Assembly (NCBI RefSeq): GCF_009914755.1
Contig: NC_060938.1
Direction: 5' to 3' (one strand)
From: the human T2T-CHM13v2.0 reference genome, Homo sapiens
DNA length: 64,000 nucleotides
The position numbers and the translations under genes were made by a program. Positions 1 through 13,225 of the stretch are shown in pieces; within the stretch, counting starts at the first letter, position 1; each line of letters starts with the position of its first letter. A model generated the notes under the pieces. It searched no databases, was not told where the DNA came from, and saw only the letters and a program-made list of their open reading frames with translations.

Positions 1-284
1 ACATTCAAACTAGAGCAATATTTAAATCCTTATGTAAGGCTCTGTTTGCAAAGGTATCACAAGCTAAGACAAAATTACTGGGATTAACTTTTGGATGCTG
101 TGGTTAGAGGATGTTTTGGCTGTTAGGTAAAGTGTAAGCTCCAGTCACTAGCATATACTGAGAAATGCTGAAGCTGATATATTAAACTCTTCTTCAAAAA
201 GCATTTACTATTCCTTAAATCTGTATTACCAACACTTTATCAGCATTTATCACCAACTTTTGGGACCAGGATAAAATAACAATT

Positions 285-775
285 GTGTATGTGTATGTAT
301 ATATATACACACACACACTATATATACATACACTATATATATACACACTATATATATATACACTATATATATACACTATATATACACACTATATGTATAC
401 ACTGTATATATACACACACACACATAAACTATATCTATCTATCTATACAAATACACATATAGTGCTGTATGTGTGTATGTGTATATATAAATATTGTGGT
501 TTATAGTATATATGTATAGTAGTGTATGTATAGTGTGTATGTGTATATATATGTAGTGATATATGTATGTGTGTAGGTGTGTGTATAATGGTGTATACAT
601 ATATGTATACAGCACATACATCACTATATATGTGTTTGTGTATATATGTATATGTATATACACACCACTATATATACATATACACACACATATACTACTA
701 CACTATATACACACTCATACACCACACACACACATGCACACATACATGCACACATATATATATGTCTGTGTATGT
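285..775. repeat. Compound (TA)n/(CA)n/(TG)n low-complexity microsatellite
   Basis: Near-continuous purine/pyrimidine alternation with TATACAC / GTGTATAT units; explains the Y/I/T/H/V/C-rich ORFs at 285-820. Confidence 0.95.
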
Positions 776-1929
776 AATGGTATTGATTTGGTAAAACATG
801 CAAAGGTGGTAAAAGTATAAACCTCAGTAGGAAACTACACTAATCAAAGGATGGACTATTTTGGTATTGCCTGTTAATGCTTAATTTTGTTGATATAAAC
901 ATAGATGTTTCATTTGGAAATATCTCCCTTGTGATGATATAAAACCAGTTTTATATGAGTTCATTCATTATGTGGTACATATTTTTCTTACTGTATGAAT
1001 TTTTATGCATACTAAAAAGCAGAGTGCCCTAAATCACCATAAAAATTCTATAGTAAAATCATGACACTTCTCAGAATTTTTACCTGATTTTTGCTAGTTT
1101 TGACTCCATTGCACTATAATATAAATTTAATTTAGCTTTAAATGTATTACAGACTTATAGTACAATGTTAACTGGGTGCTCTTACTTTAAGATTCTTTAT
1201 CCCTGAACCCAATTAATAGGTTGTAAAGATTGAGCATTTAAAGATATTGTTGAATGTCAGAAAAGCATAAACCTTGGATATTCTACAGCTCAGTATTTTA
1301 AAAGTCTGATGATATAGTCACAGGTGAATGTAACTGTGATACAGCAAATTAAATTAATGTATCAGGTAGACCTTAAGTACTTACATGTTCCCCTTCTCAA
1401 GCCTAATGGTATAAACCACTCTGGGGTCCTTCATTACAGCAAATCTTTCATTCTATACATACTACATTCCTCATCAAACTGTTAACTCAATCTACGAGCA
1501 ACTCGGCAGCCACTGAGAAGCTGTATTTATTTACTCATTCATACTTTTCGTAGTGTATCTTTTTTGCTGTTTGTTTGCTGGGTCAATAGCAAATCAGAGT
1601 TAAATCAATAGTCACTCCTACTTGCCTTTGTGGTCTGGTCTAGCCAAATAGGTACAGTCTGATTTCAAATACGTGATTACCTCTGTGTAAAGAGAGAGGA
1701 AAATATGACCACTGGGAGGAAAATGATTTGATGGTATTTGAAATATTTATTTTGCTAAATAAAAAGGTCTGAAGTAAATGTGGTAAAAGTTAATGTTTAA
1801 AAATTCAATGTTCACTATATAGGGGCAAAAAATAGGATATAAGCTAATATGATGTAAAAAAATGGACACCAAATACAGAAGCTGAAAACACAATGGAAGC
1901 TTATTTCTATTTACATAGTATGCGGTGTA

Positions 1930-2328
1930 GAGGCAGGCAGCTCTGCTCAACAAGATCAAGATGGGGTCTGGCTTTCTTCTGTCTTAATGTTAGCTCTGTC
2001 TTTCAAAAGGGTGTTTGCCTGACATGTGGTTGAGCTGCTGGTCAGCAGCACATCCCTTTCTGGCCTAGGGTAGGGGAGCAAAGAGGCAGAGGAAAGCGAG
2101 TAACTTTCTTTTAGGGAAATGACATGGAAGTTGTAGATATCACTTCCATTCGTATTCCTTTTGCAAGGACTTAAACATATGTGCACATGCAGGTACAAGG
2201 AGACTGTGAAATATGATCTTTAACTGGGCAGCTGTATGCACTGCTGATACTCCAAGAACTGGAGTTGGTTTCTATTACAAAATGGAAAAAGGGCAGAAAA
2301 AAATCTAGGGGAAATTAGTCACTGCACA
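1930..2328 (-). mobile_element. Old MaLR LTR (MLT1J/K/L-like) remnant
   Basis: tcacttccattcgtattcc...cacatgcaggtacaaggagactgtgaaatatgatcttt resembles the reverse strand of the MLT1 core (tcacttctgctcacattcc...gctgcaagggaggctgggaaatgtagtc). Confidence 0.6.
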
Positions 2329-2439
2329 ATGCATGTTTATTATGTTGTGTTATGTTATTTATGTCATGTTGTGTTACATTATGTTTAAAACGTAAAAACA
2401 AAAGAAACATTATTTGTTAATCACTTAGGGAGCTGAATA

Positions 2440-3650
2440 AATTTAATAAGAATAAATCTTTGCAAACCATGTTTGTGGTTGTTGATTTTCATTACTAAAG
2501 CGATAGAAGAGGTGAACAGTGTGGATATAATATATCTGATTTCTGTAAGTCATTAAATAAATTCTACTGTAATATATTTAAAATAATATGGGAGATGGTA
2601 GACTGAATGAATTATAGGTTGGCATATTAATAGTTAATTAATCACCATTTCCAAGTATATTGTTGATAGATGATGATGAATCTAGAGGGAAATTGGTGGT
2701 GGTATCTTACAGCTTCATCTTGAAGTCTGCAGTAAGTGTAAGAGACAATGAAGAGTGGGGAGAGGAAGGAACTAATAGCTATTGAGGGTCTGCTATGTAG
2801 GCACTGCTCAACTTTAAACTATTATTAATGACTTACAGATATTATTATTACAACTTTACAGATAAAAATGAGTACATAACTAGCCTAGGTTATTTTATTG
2901 AATTTTGAAAGGTGAAGTTTGGAAGAATACCCAAAATATGGGATGAATAATCAGAATTATGAGATGAAATTAGCATATTAAATTAGATAATTATATAAGG
3001 CACTACATTTATATAGAAATACTTAAATTAAAAATTGTTACTGCAAATAGGACTTTCAAAATATTTATTATGTGAACAAAAATGTAATGTTTAAAATCAA
3101 TTGGTAACAATTTTTGTTAACCATAAGGCACACTTCCCAACCACAAACTATATTACAAATTTGATCAGTAGAAGCCCTGGTACTATCCAGAACATGGGTG
3201 GTGACATCTCCACAATATTCTGTGTTAATTACGTAGTCTTGCCTATTTTGTTCACTTTGGGAATCTGCATATTAATAGACAAATTGACTGCTTGCCATTT
3301 ATCTGGAGAAAAGGGATCTGAATGGAGAACTATCTGGACATGATGTTATATGTGGGATAATGGAGGGACTGGGGCTATTTAATAAATTAGAAAGTTTACT
3401 GTTTTAAATTTTTTAAGGATTATCTTGGAAAAGGTAGACTATTCATTCTACGTGACTGTAGAAATCAAAATTAAAACCATTTTTTAATAACTAAATAGAT
3501 AATGGGTGTATAAGGAAATTCCTTAAACAACTTTAACATTTATAGTTGTTCAGAAGTATAAGGGTACTCATTTCCTATCAGAAAAAAATTCACACAGAGA
3601 ATAGATCCCTCTGTGAAGTGTATTTGAATTTACTGAGAGGTGGGGATAGT
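2440..3650 (+). mobile_element. L3/CR1 LINE ORF2 fossil, interrupted by a MIR
   Basis: 2521-2553 reads V-D-I-I-Y-L-(1-nt frameshift)-D-F-C-K-S, matching the CR1 RT motif VDVxYLDFxKAFD; downstream degraded segments are CR1-like. Confidence 0.6.
2770..2890 (-). mobile_element. MIR fragment
   Basis: tattgagggtctgctatgtaggcactgct...attattacaactttacagataaaaa matches the MIR reverse strand. Confidence 0.6.
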
Positions 3651-3924
3651 AGTAATAATGTTCACTTTTGATTTTTATATTCAATTACATATTTCTATCC
3701 TGCTCCATGTATATGATGCATCAGCCATTGTTAACTGTTATTATCCATAATATATGTACATATGTAATATATATGATATATGATATTCATTAGCCCTTCT
3801 AGATAGTTGTCTTTTGGCTAATTTTGCAGAAGAAAAAAATTGAACAAGATTGATTAATGGAAACTCTGCAGTATTTTCCCAACAACATATCAAGACATAA
3901 AAGCAGAAATTTTTCTTTTTTAGA

Positions 3925-4236
3925 AACATTATCCTTAGAAAACTAATGCAGAAACAGAAATTCAAATATGGTATGTTCTTACATATAAGTGGGAGCTAAA
4001 AAATGAGAATTCATGAACACAAAGGAAAAACAGACACTGGAGTCTAGTTGAGGGGAGAGGGCAGGAGGAGGGAGAGAAACAGAAAAGATAACTATTGGGT
4101 ACTGGGCTTAATACCTGGGTGATGAAATAAGCTGTACAACAACCCCGGTGACAAAAGTTTACCTATGTAACAGCCCTTCACATGTGCCCCAGAACCTAAA
4201 ATAAAAGTTTTTTTGGTTTTTTTTTTGTTTGTTTAA
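3925..4236 (+). mobile_element. 5'-truncated L1 3' end (older L1PA/L1PB type)
   Basis: aaactaatgcagaaacag...aagtgggagctaaa...ctgggtgatgaaataa...gaacctaaaataaaagtt: typical L1 3'UTR with polyA signal. Confidence 0.9.
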
Positions 4237-5739
4237 AGAAACATTTGATAGAGGAGGATTTATCAAGCATTCCATTCTATTGGTCTAATCTATGGCACTT
4301 GCAAATGTGAATCAGATATTTTTTGTATCAGATATTTTTTTCCTTGCAAAACGACCAAAAGACAATACTAGAATTTATTAGGCAGGAGCCAGGGATTTAA
4401 ATATCCTGCTTTGAATGCTAATAGCGTCACCCAGCCTATTAAAAAACACTGCTTCACTTTAGGAACTAACTTTTGCTTCAGGAAAAATAATATTGACTAG
4501 TTTTGTTTCAATTATGCGTTCTGATTAGCAAGTCCATAGCTCATTCCCAGGACAGATGCGTGGTGAAGGTGGGGTGGACTTGGGAACTGTGTAAATATCC
4601 TTTGGCAGTGTCAAAACTGGCCTTCTTCACGTCTAGTGGAAAGTGTCCTTCATGTGGTTGGAATGCTTTCTTGGGAAACTTTGGGGGAACTTGGAAATTT
4701 GTACCAAAACCTGGTAATGTGCTACCTAACATCCTTATTTATTTAATGATCTATTTTTCTTTGTACTTTTCCTTAAATAATTATTTCTGATGATGTCTTT
4801 CCATTATCATATGTACCTTTAGATGTCCTGTATCATTTATAGAATAAAATCCACCAGAATTGATATAAAGGCATTTTAATAGGCAAAGTCTTCTAAATGT
4901 ATATAAAATTATTGCTTGAAAAAACAATTTAGTAAATTCCAGTTATTTATTCTATTATACCTCATAGTTCAGTGGAATCAAAACCAGGGCAGAGATTCAG
5001 GAAAAAAGTGTGTTCTACCACTGTCATTTTGATCTCTGGGAAATTATTGTGATGTCTCTTTTACTCAGTCATGTTTGACAGTAAAAATAACTAATTATTG
5101 TTAAATATTGTTTTATTAAAATTAAAAACATTTTATAATGGAGGAAAAAGCTATACAAAGAGCTTGACTTTATTTTTAAAGACAGACAATTTCAGATTAT
5201 TTAGTGTAAGTAAACAGATGCTTGGTAGTTTTGCTTTCTCATTTAAAGATGCCAAATGTGTAAACAACTCCCCAAAATTATGTGATCATCCCATAATCAT
5301 TTCAGATATTGTTATGTAAGAAACATATCTCTGATAATACACATAAACGAGTCTAGTAAAACAAGTAAAGAATAATGAATATTAAACCCACTAACCTTAG
5401 GCTTTCTCTCCTCACACACAACACACACACACATCTTGTGACACTTCAAAACTCTCATTGAAATTCAGGTAACAATAGTAAACAGCACAGAACAAACCAA
5501 TGGAATCCATTCAGAGCACACAAAAACAAATAAACAAAACCACCAGGCTCCAGCATTGTCAAAACTGTACTGCTGAGTTAAGAAGCCAGGCAAGAAAATC
5601 AATTTTCTCTAACACATGAATTAAATGAATAAAAACTCAATATGAAAACAGAGGAAAAATAACCCAGCATTCCTAAGCCACCTGAAAATGCTCCTATACA
5701 GGGAGGGGGAAACAGTGCTTGTGTGCATATTTTTGCTTA

Positions 5740-5835
5740 TCTATTCAATAGACATTTATGAAGCAACTACTAATTACCAAGAAACAGTATTGAGCATTTG
5801 AAATACAGAGATATTAATTCACTTTTCCTGCCTTT
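5740..5835 (-). mobile_element. L2 3' end fragment
   Basis: attcaatagacatttatgaagcaactac...tacagag...cctgcc resembles the L2 3' terminus on the reverse strand. Confidence 0.5.
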
Positions 5836-6539
5836 GTTAGGCAGTTTCTATTTCACTGCAAGTGCAAGCTGTATTTTGGTACTACTTATGTTTTTATTAT
5901 AGACATGATATAAAGTTGGAAATCAAGTTCTTCATAAGTACTGATACTGCTAACACAGACCGTGAGGTGATGGCAAATATTATACTATGAATTACTCATC
6001 ATTTTATTCTAGACCATCTTACAGCCAGAGAAATTTACAATTCCACATGTACAATTTTTTTAAGTCATAATTGTTCTCTGTCAATTGAGAAAAGCATTAA
6101 GATTAAGATGACAATGACTATATCAGCTGACTATTATAAATAGGCTCTCAGAAACGAAGGAAAGTGTGTTTACTGACATAGATGTAGAGTATTCATAATC
6201 TTAAAACTGGCTGAAATGCACCAGGTATACAAATATAGCCAATCCTCCCACCTATTAGGTAAAATGCATGGTGAAACCTACATATGCCTATTTTGGGGCC
6301 CACTGATTTACGATAAAAAACTTTTGCAAAGGTTGCTTTGGAGTTCTGAATAAAAATTTCTAATCACTGTTTCTGACAAGGTCTTTGTATGTAGAGTTAA
6401 TTACTGAAACGGCATGCGTATCTCAAATAATAGAAATTATGTTTAAAGAAATGTTTGGAAGAGCTAAAAATAAGCAAAAGAAAGAAAATAAAATAGAATG
6501 TAAATTCACCTCAGCCTGCTGAATTCTTTGCAGTTTTAT

Positions 6540-6770
6540 GTTTTTTCTCACACCAAGATCTCTTCTTTCTCCTTTCCGTTACTCCAGGAAGCTTTGTTTG
6601 ATCCTCCCAGGCACAGTTAGATGCCATTTTCTTGTTCCTGTCTTCTTAGAAGACCTATTTCTCCTCCCTCTCTAGACCATGCACTTCTTAAGAGGCATTG
6701 TCTACTGTGAAAGAAGCCATGGCCAGAATATGTATATGCTTAAAACATTTATGGAATTGAATTTGATTAA
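6540..6770 (+). mobile_element. L2 3' fragment
   Basis: ctccaggaagctt...atgcttaaaacatttatggaattgaatt is L2 3'-end-like. Confidence 0.45.
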
Positions 6771-9674
6771 AAATACATATATCTCTTCATGAAAAATAGT
6801 TTAACTAAGAATTACCAGTAATGTTTATTTCTTTTCATATCATTTTTCAAAGACAAACTACCACTTGTCAAAGTCTAAGACACATAGTGGAAGACTCAAA
6901 TCTCATGCATTCTAACTACTGTTTCATTAGTTTTAAGGAATATTTGTGCCTTGAGACATGCCATGTGCAATAAATCATGGCTAACCAGAATATTTAAGGA
7001 AAATAATTTTAACTATTGGAATCCCTGTTTCCTTATTCCTCCTCCAAATAATATACACAGTGCTTTTGTTTAAAGTCTTGTAGAGACATGCTTTGAAATT
7101 TTGTCAGTTTTTTTTCTGTTTAAGTCTGTACAGGATAAGACTCTACAGTGAAGCATTTTCTTGATTATTCACTGACTGATAGGACTCATGATTTGGATAT
7201 GAGAGATTGGGCTGAATCACGTTGAACCCAAGACATGACTTCTTCCTTCTATAGGAGGAAAAACTGAATTTGTAGTCATTTGCTTGCCTTAACTTTCCCT
7301 ATTCTCTACATAATTTTGTGCATTAATCTACAGCTTTTAGGTACATTTGTTTCTATGGCATATAGATTTGTTACTCAAAGTAGTAGACACATAACTTGCC
7401 TGTCTTTATGTAAGGGATTCAAGGATAGCTTGGTAGCCTTATTTCAGAATTGCTGAGACATCACTTAAAGTTAACAAAGTTTGCTTTCATAGATTGCTTA
7501 TGTGATTTAAGATGTCATTCCGCACTAAATTTGTAAATTGTCTTTTCTTAAGCAGAAGAAAGAATATGTGTAGGTTGTTTTTGGAGTAAAATGTATTATT
7601 TGTCTTCTTTAGAAAGAACACTTTTAAAATCAGCTACCAATGCCTCTTCAGTACCTCTTGCCTTGTTTTTGCTGCCATAGAAAACAGAACATCTACATAG
7701 TTGCTATCTGAGACTTTCTAAAGTGATATTGACTTCTGTATTTGAAGCACTTAGTTGAGTCTTTTTTCATGAAAATGCATTTTATTTACAACCACGGCAC
7801 TGGTGATATGACATCTAAAACTATCTAATAATTCTTGTATGCATATTTTACCTTATTTTTATTTCCAAACAGTAGAAGTCAGATCATCTCATTATACTAC
7901 TCCCTTACCATCACTAGTTATTTACTTTAAAGATGTGCAAAAGTACATGAAAGAAAGAAAGAAAGAAAGAAAAGAATTTAGGTCAATGAAACAACAATAT
8001 CCTGCAGAAGTCATTTTAAAATGCCAGTAGGGACTCTGAGAACAAATAAATTTTTTTTATTTGCACACAACTGATAGCTTAAAAATGTAGCTAGATAGAG
8101 ACACTTCCCATGCATCCTCACCCTTTTTAAAAGATTGTACTTGTTACTTTGATATGTGGGAACTGGAGAAACTTATCCACAGATAGATAGAAAGTTTTCT
8201 CCTACAGTATTTCTTACATGCACAGGTACTAAATGATGCAGTGCCTAACGTTGAAATATAATAATATAAATTTAAGGCTAAGCAGAGACATAATTTAAAT
8301 AAGCAATCAAATTTAGTAATTTTTTAAGGGAACGAGAACCATGCCTCTACCAGAAAACTAGTTCATCATGAAAAATGTGGGCTTTTTTTACTCTACTCAC
8401 ATAAACAAATTTTATCATTCATAATAAAATATGCAGAAAATATATGATGAGTGCTGGTTCATTTTGAAAGAGCAATAAATAATCTAACATTGTGCAATAA
8501 AAAATGAGGACAGTGCATCAAGAAGAAGTACTTTCAATGGCATATTGCAGAAAAAGAATAAACAAACTTATTTTCTAAAGCTACTCCACATGCTGCAGAC
8601 TAATTTATTATTACATTATTATTTCCCTCTAGAATTGAAATAGTGTGGTTGAATAAGATTTTATAGTTATCAGGAGTTCTAAATCCTTAAATTTTCAGTG
8701 CTTTGCATTTCCAATTTTTTATATACTAAGAGGAATAAAATGTTCCAAGCTCTCTCCTTATTTCTGCTCAGAGATGTTGCAGAAGCTGTCACATGTGCTC
8801 AATCTAAAGCAAGTATATGGATAAAGAGATATATGATTCAAGAGTAAAGAACAACATCTCCTGTATGAATGTGTTTCTATTACTATAACTGACTATATAA
8901 TCATTCTACAGATGTGTTGGGAACAGCTGAATATTGTATCTAGCACAGCATAATTAAATAAACACATTGTCCTTTGTGTTTCCAGGGAAAGAGTTGTAGA
9001 ACTGCAGCTTTTGGCTGTTCTCCAGGACTGGTGGGCAACTGTGGCAAGGTATTTTTGTTCCCTGATGGTTGAAAACTATATTTGACAAATGATCTCATAC
9101 ACTAAAACATGACTGAAAAAAAAATGGGCCTGTGTGTATTTGTTTATATTAGTTATTCATTAAGCATTGTTACCTTATTCCAATAATACTTAATGAAATG
9201 TCTCATCTGTATAATGAGGTATGTTTGCAGTTGTCATACCATATCTTGCAATATGGCAAAACCACAGTGTAAGGGTGTGTCTACTTCAAAATTACTTATT
9301 AGTGTCTGAATGTGCAATAATTGGGACAAAGTAGGAAGTCAGATGAAGAGTCGAATGTGAAACTGTGTTGGAAGCAGAAAGCAGGCTACAAAGTGGGGAA
9401 AATTTTGTAGGGAGAGAGCAGATTTAAAATTCCAGGGAAAGTTCAAACAATATGACCAAAAAGTGTTCAGTCTTTAGATAAGAGGAAAGAGAAAACCTTC
9501 TAAATAATGGCCAGCTAGCCACAGGAATATAGAATTGTTCTCAGTGATTTATGTGAAGACATGCAAAATGCAACATAAATCAAATAAGAATAACCTTGAG
9601 TACATGTAAATGGTAAATCTTTCACCCACTCTTTAATCTTCTTACAACTGTGGCTGCTTGGCCATTGTTTTGAA

Positions 9675-9851
9675 CAGAGGTTTTTAACCTTGGTGATATT
9701 GACATTTTAGGCCAGATAATTATTTTTTGTGAGGGGCAGTCCTGTACACTGGGAATGCCAGTAGCACTCCTGCCTAGTTATGACAACAAAAATGTCTGCA
9801 GACGTTGGTAGTTGTTTCTAGGGGCAAGGTCACCTGCAGTTGAAACCACTG
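9675..9851. mobile_element. MER20 (hAT-Charlie) non-autonomous DNA transposon, internally deleted
   Basis: Termini cagaggtttttaacc ... gttgaaaccactg and interior attgacattttaggccagataatt / atgccagtagca / gacaacaaaaatgtctgcagac match MER20. Confidence 0.85.
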
Positions 9852-10829
9852 ATTTAGTCTCTGTCTCAGATACTAAAACACTGCAGCAATGGACAGGATT
9901 AACGTATTGTATGTCAACATTAGTTGTTGTGGCATCAAATTATACTTCCTCATAGACTGGTCTTGACCTTCAATCCAAGTTCATGAGAACTAGACTCCAG
10001 TGTGTGCTGCATTTTTCTAAAAAAGTAGACTTCTGCAGCATCTCATTTGCTTCTGCCTCTATATTGTTAATACAAAAACTATTCCTTCACTCTTTAAGAG
10101 ATTACTCCACGCCTCTTGCTGATGTCATTCTTCTTTCCTTCTATTAATATAGTAGTTGCACTTTTCCCCTTGCATTCCATTCTAACAGTTGTCATTTCTA
10201 TATTCATGATAAATTCAGCTAAGCCGGCTTGTGTACCTAGGATTCAAAGTAAGAAAAACAATCCACATCTACGACCAAGAGTGGAGTTTTATGCTTTCTC
10301 CAATGAGAAAACTGCAGAGCGGCATTCTCAAGAACACAGTGAAGGATAAGACTATCCACCTCTGGCCTAGTCAAGGCGAGGTCATTCAAGACAAAGATGG
10401 CATTAGGTTGCACATGCTCCATTTTAAAACTAAAATTAAAGTTACTGAGGTGATTTTTGAATAGAATTTATTCATACAATTTATGAATACAAATGTATGA
10501 GAAGTAGTTTGCCGTACAATTTCCATGTGATAACTCTCATCGTCTTTATTAGAAAGACTATAGAAGAACAATATATATGTTATCACCATGAGCCCTTAAC
10601 AGTATTTTCATCTGCAGTTATTCTTTCTGTCCATTGACTCTGCATCTTCTAAAAGGACACCTAGGGGTCAAAGTGGACATCTAAAACATGTGCTACCTAA
10701 TGGTTTAAGAAAAAGTCCTGTTTCACCTATCTTTTAGGATTTATAGCTTTTTGCTTTGCATAAAGCATTCAGCAGGTCTCAAGTCAACCACTGATATTAT
10801 TTCTTTCTCCCTCTTCTATTCCTGTCTCT

Positions 10830-11075
10830 CTTTACTTTGCCTTTTACTGATGACCAAGCTTTGTGTTTAATTGAGAAATCAGATTTAATCAGATATATTC
10901 TTTTACCTTCCCATTACCAAAACTGTCAACTCACCTGCATCTGTAACTACCTACATTAATTTTCCCTCTTTTACTTTGAAGGAAGTGTCCCTATTCCAAT
11001 TAAACCAGTAAGGTATGCCCTGAATTCAACCTCTCAAACATGACCTATGAGATTACCCATCTCTTTCTTATTTCT
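10830..11075 (+). mobile_element. L2 internal fragment
   Basis: ttgagaaatcagatttaatcaga...aactcacctgcatctgta...ggaagtgtccct is similar to the L2 ORF2 region. Confidence 0.5.
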
Positions 11076-12600
11076 CTAGGGAGGTAAGGACAGCCTGAAC
11101 TAAGATATCCGTAGGATCACAAGGTGTATATAGATGAATGATGGGATGGGGCAATATCAATAGGAGTTATTAATTGATCTTATTTGGACAATAAAGGAGG
11201 ATACAGTGAAGATTATAGCACATTTTTGGAGCAAGTAGAGAGATGTCATTGACTGGACCTGAGGAAACATTAATCTTATGATCGTTGATGGATTCACACA
11301 CACACACACAAATTCCTTCCTCCCTTTTCTAAGTGGGGTGTGGAGAAACAACCATAGTTTACAATGCATTTAGGAGCTTTCTTATGTATTCATGGATTTT
11401 CCCATTATGTTATTTCTGGAAGACTCATTTTATCATTCTTAACTTCAGTAGAGTCTTCTTCATATCCTAGTTAAAATTGTGCTCTGTGTATAAGGATGGT
11501 TTATATATACCCCTTGATAATGAAATCTCAGTGTTTTTTCCTCTTATGATGGTAGTGATTCTATCTTCTGGTACTTTGTAAACATAATGACTGTAAATTC
11601 CTTGGAGAGAGAAATTTAAAAAAATAAAAAATGAACACATATGGTTGTGATTAAACATCACATATTCCAGTTATTATGAATTCTACCAAATATATGGTTA
11701 GATGATATTCTCTCCACCCCACTGAGTTATTTTACCGCAATATTAGATCTGTTTTCCATTTTCCTAGGGTTTTTGTTTTTACAGAATTTACTTACCAGTG
11801 TACAATTTTTATTTAAGAAATTCAGTGTTATCGTTGAAATCTACTGAATTTTCTTCTGAACTCTAAACTCACGTTTTAAAAGTTGCTAAAATAAAATGTT
11901 TTAGATAGATTTTCTAAAATAATTAGAGCTAATTACACACTTTAATAAAGATTCTAAAATGTGATGAATACATTTTCTTAATTTCTTTGCATTATAATAC
12001 TCACATACGCTGTTCTCAATCTGCAACCAAAATATAAAACTCTGAATAACTGTCTTTATAAAAATCATAAAGAACAGTGATATGACTTGAAATTATAACA
12101 TTACTGAAGAAATAGCATTAGCCTCTAGGCTTGCTTGGAGTAGAGATGGTTTCATCATGGATAATGAAGTTTTCTAGGTCTTGTATCACCTCTTCACTGT
12201 TTCCTCTAAGCTTTTCATTACTCCTCTGACTGTATGTTTAGGAACATTTATACATCTATAAGTTTTAGAAGTATTAATCTTCTAAATTATCCCAGGATTT
12301 TAAAATTAATTTTAATTGCTCTTCTTTGAAGAATTTACAATAGCAATGCAAACATCTACATCTTCGTAAAACTAGATTTATTGTTAAGTGTTTGGCTGTC
12401 AGTTTGACATAAAAACTTTCTGTAATAAATGCTCTCTAAAACATGAATCTGTTGGGAGTTTTCTTAAGTACAATGAATTATAAACAATAGCCTCAAATTA
12501 TGCTACAATCCAAAGAAGAGATGGTTTGAATTTTCCAGTGATACAATACACATATTTGGTTACAACCTTATAGGATTCTGCTATAATAATATGTTCAAAG

Positions 12601-12722
12601 AATAAAGGTATTTTAATAAATACCTTTATTATTTTATTATTAATACCTTTATTATATTAATTATACCTTTATTATAAAGGTATTCTAATAAATACCTTCA
12701 TACCTTTATTATTTATAAAGGT
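12601..12722. repeat. AT-rich array of direct and inverted TACCTTTAT / ATAAAGGTA units
   Basis: AATAAAGGTATTT-taat-AAATACCTTTATT (13-bp perfect arms) followed by several more copies in both orientations. Confidence 0.9.
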
Positions 12723-12974
12723 AGTTATTAAAATAGGTCAAAATTTAATTTTTCTATTTCTTTCGTAATTACTAAGAGGCAGTGGTACTTAGTACTGATT
12801 GTTACTCAAAGAATGTCTTACATGCCTAAATCAACATAAAAAAGTATCAAAAATATAACTACTATTCACTTTCATCTTCTCAGTATCATGTTAAAATAGC
12901 ATAAACAGTTCTTACAGTTTTCTGCTCAAGGATCGTCGGGCACACTTGTTGATCTAAGCAAAACAACATGAGGA

Positions 12975-13225
12975 GTTAGCATGAAGCAGTGATCTAGCAA
13001 TTAGAAGATAGAGATTTAATTTTTGCCAACATCACTTGTTCATTTTGTCACTTGGGCATTACTCTGTCTCTACCAACGTGGAATTTTTACTTCCACAATT
13101 GTCTTGTTTACTAGAATGTGTTCACAGGATCTTCAGAAAATATTAAAATATGATAGCTGGTAATGGTAAACCTTGCGTTTTACCTATTGACTATAGAAAG
13201 TGCTGTATGATTGAGTAAATGAAAG
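12975..13225 (+). mobile_element. Degenerate MIR
   Basis: gtcacttgggcatt...tagaaagtgctgtatga; weak MIR-like architecture. Confidence 0.4.

Noticed and set aside
285-820. Four overlapping ORFs of 73-85 aa
   Set aside because: Translation of a TA/CA microsatellite that lacks stop codons.
4503-4790. 95-aa ORF and STAT/NF-kB-like motifs (TTCTTGGGAA)
   Set aside because: Non-ATG start, no recognisable homology, and isolated short motifs are expected by chance.
10116-10464. Overlapping 77-aa ORFs in a slightly GC-richer patch
   Set aside because: No recognisable domain or convincing splice-site pair.
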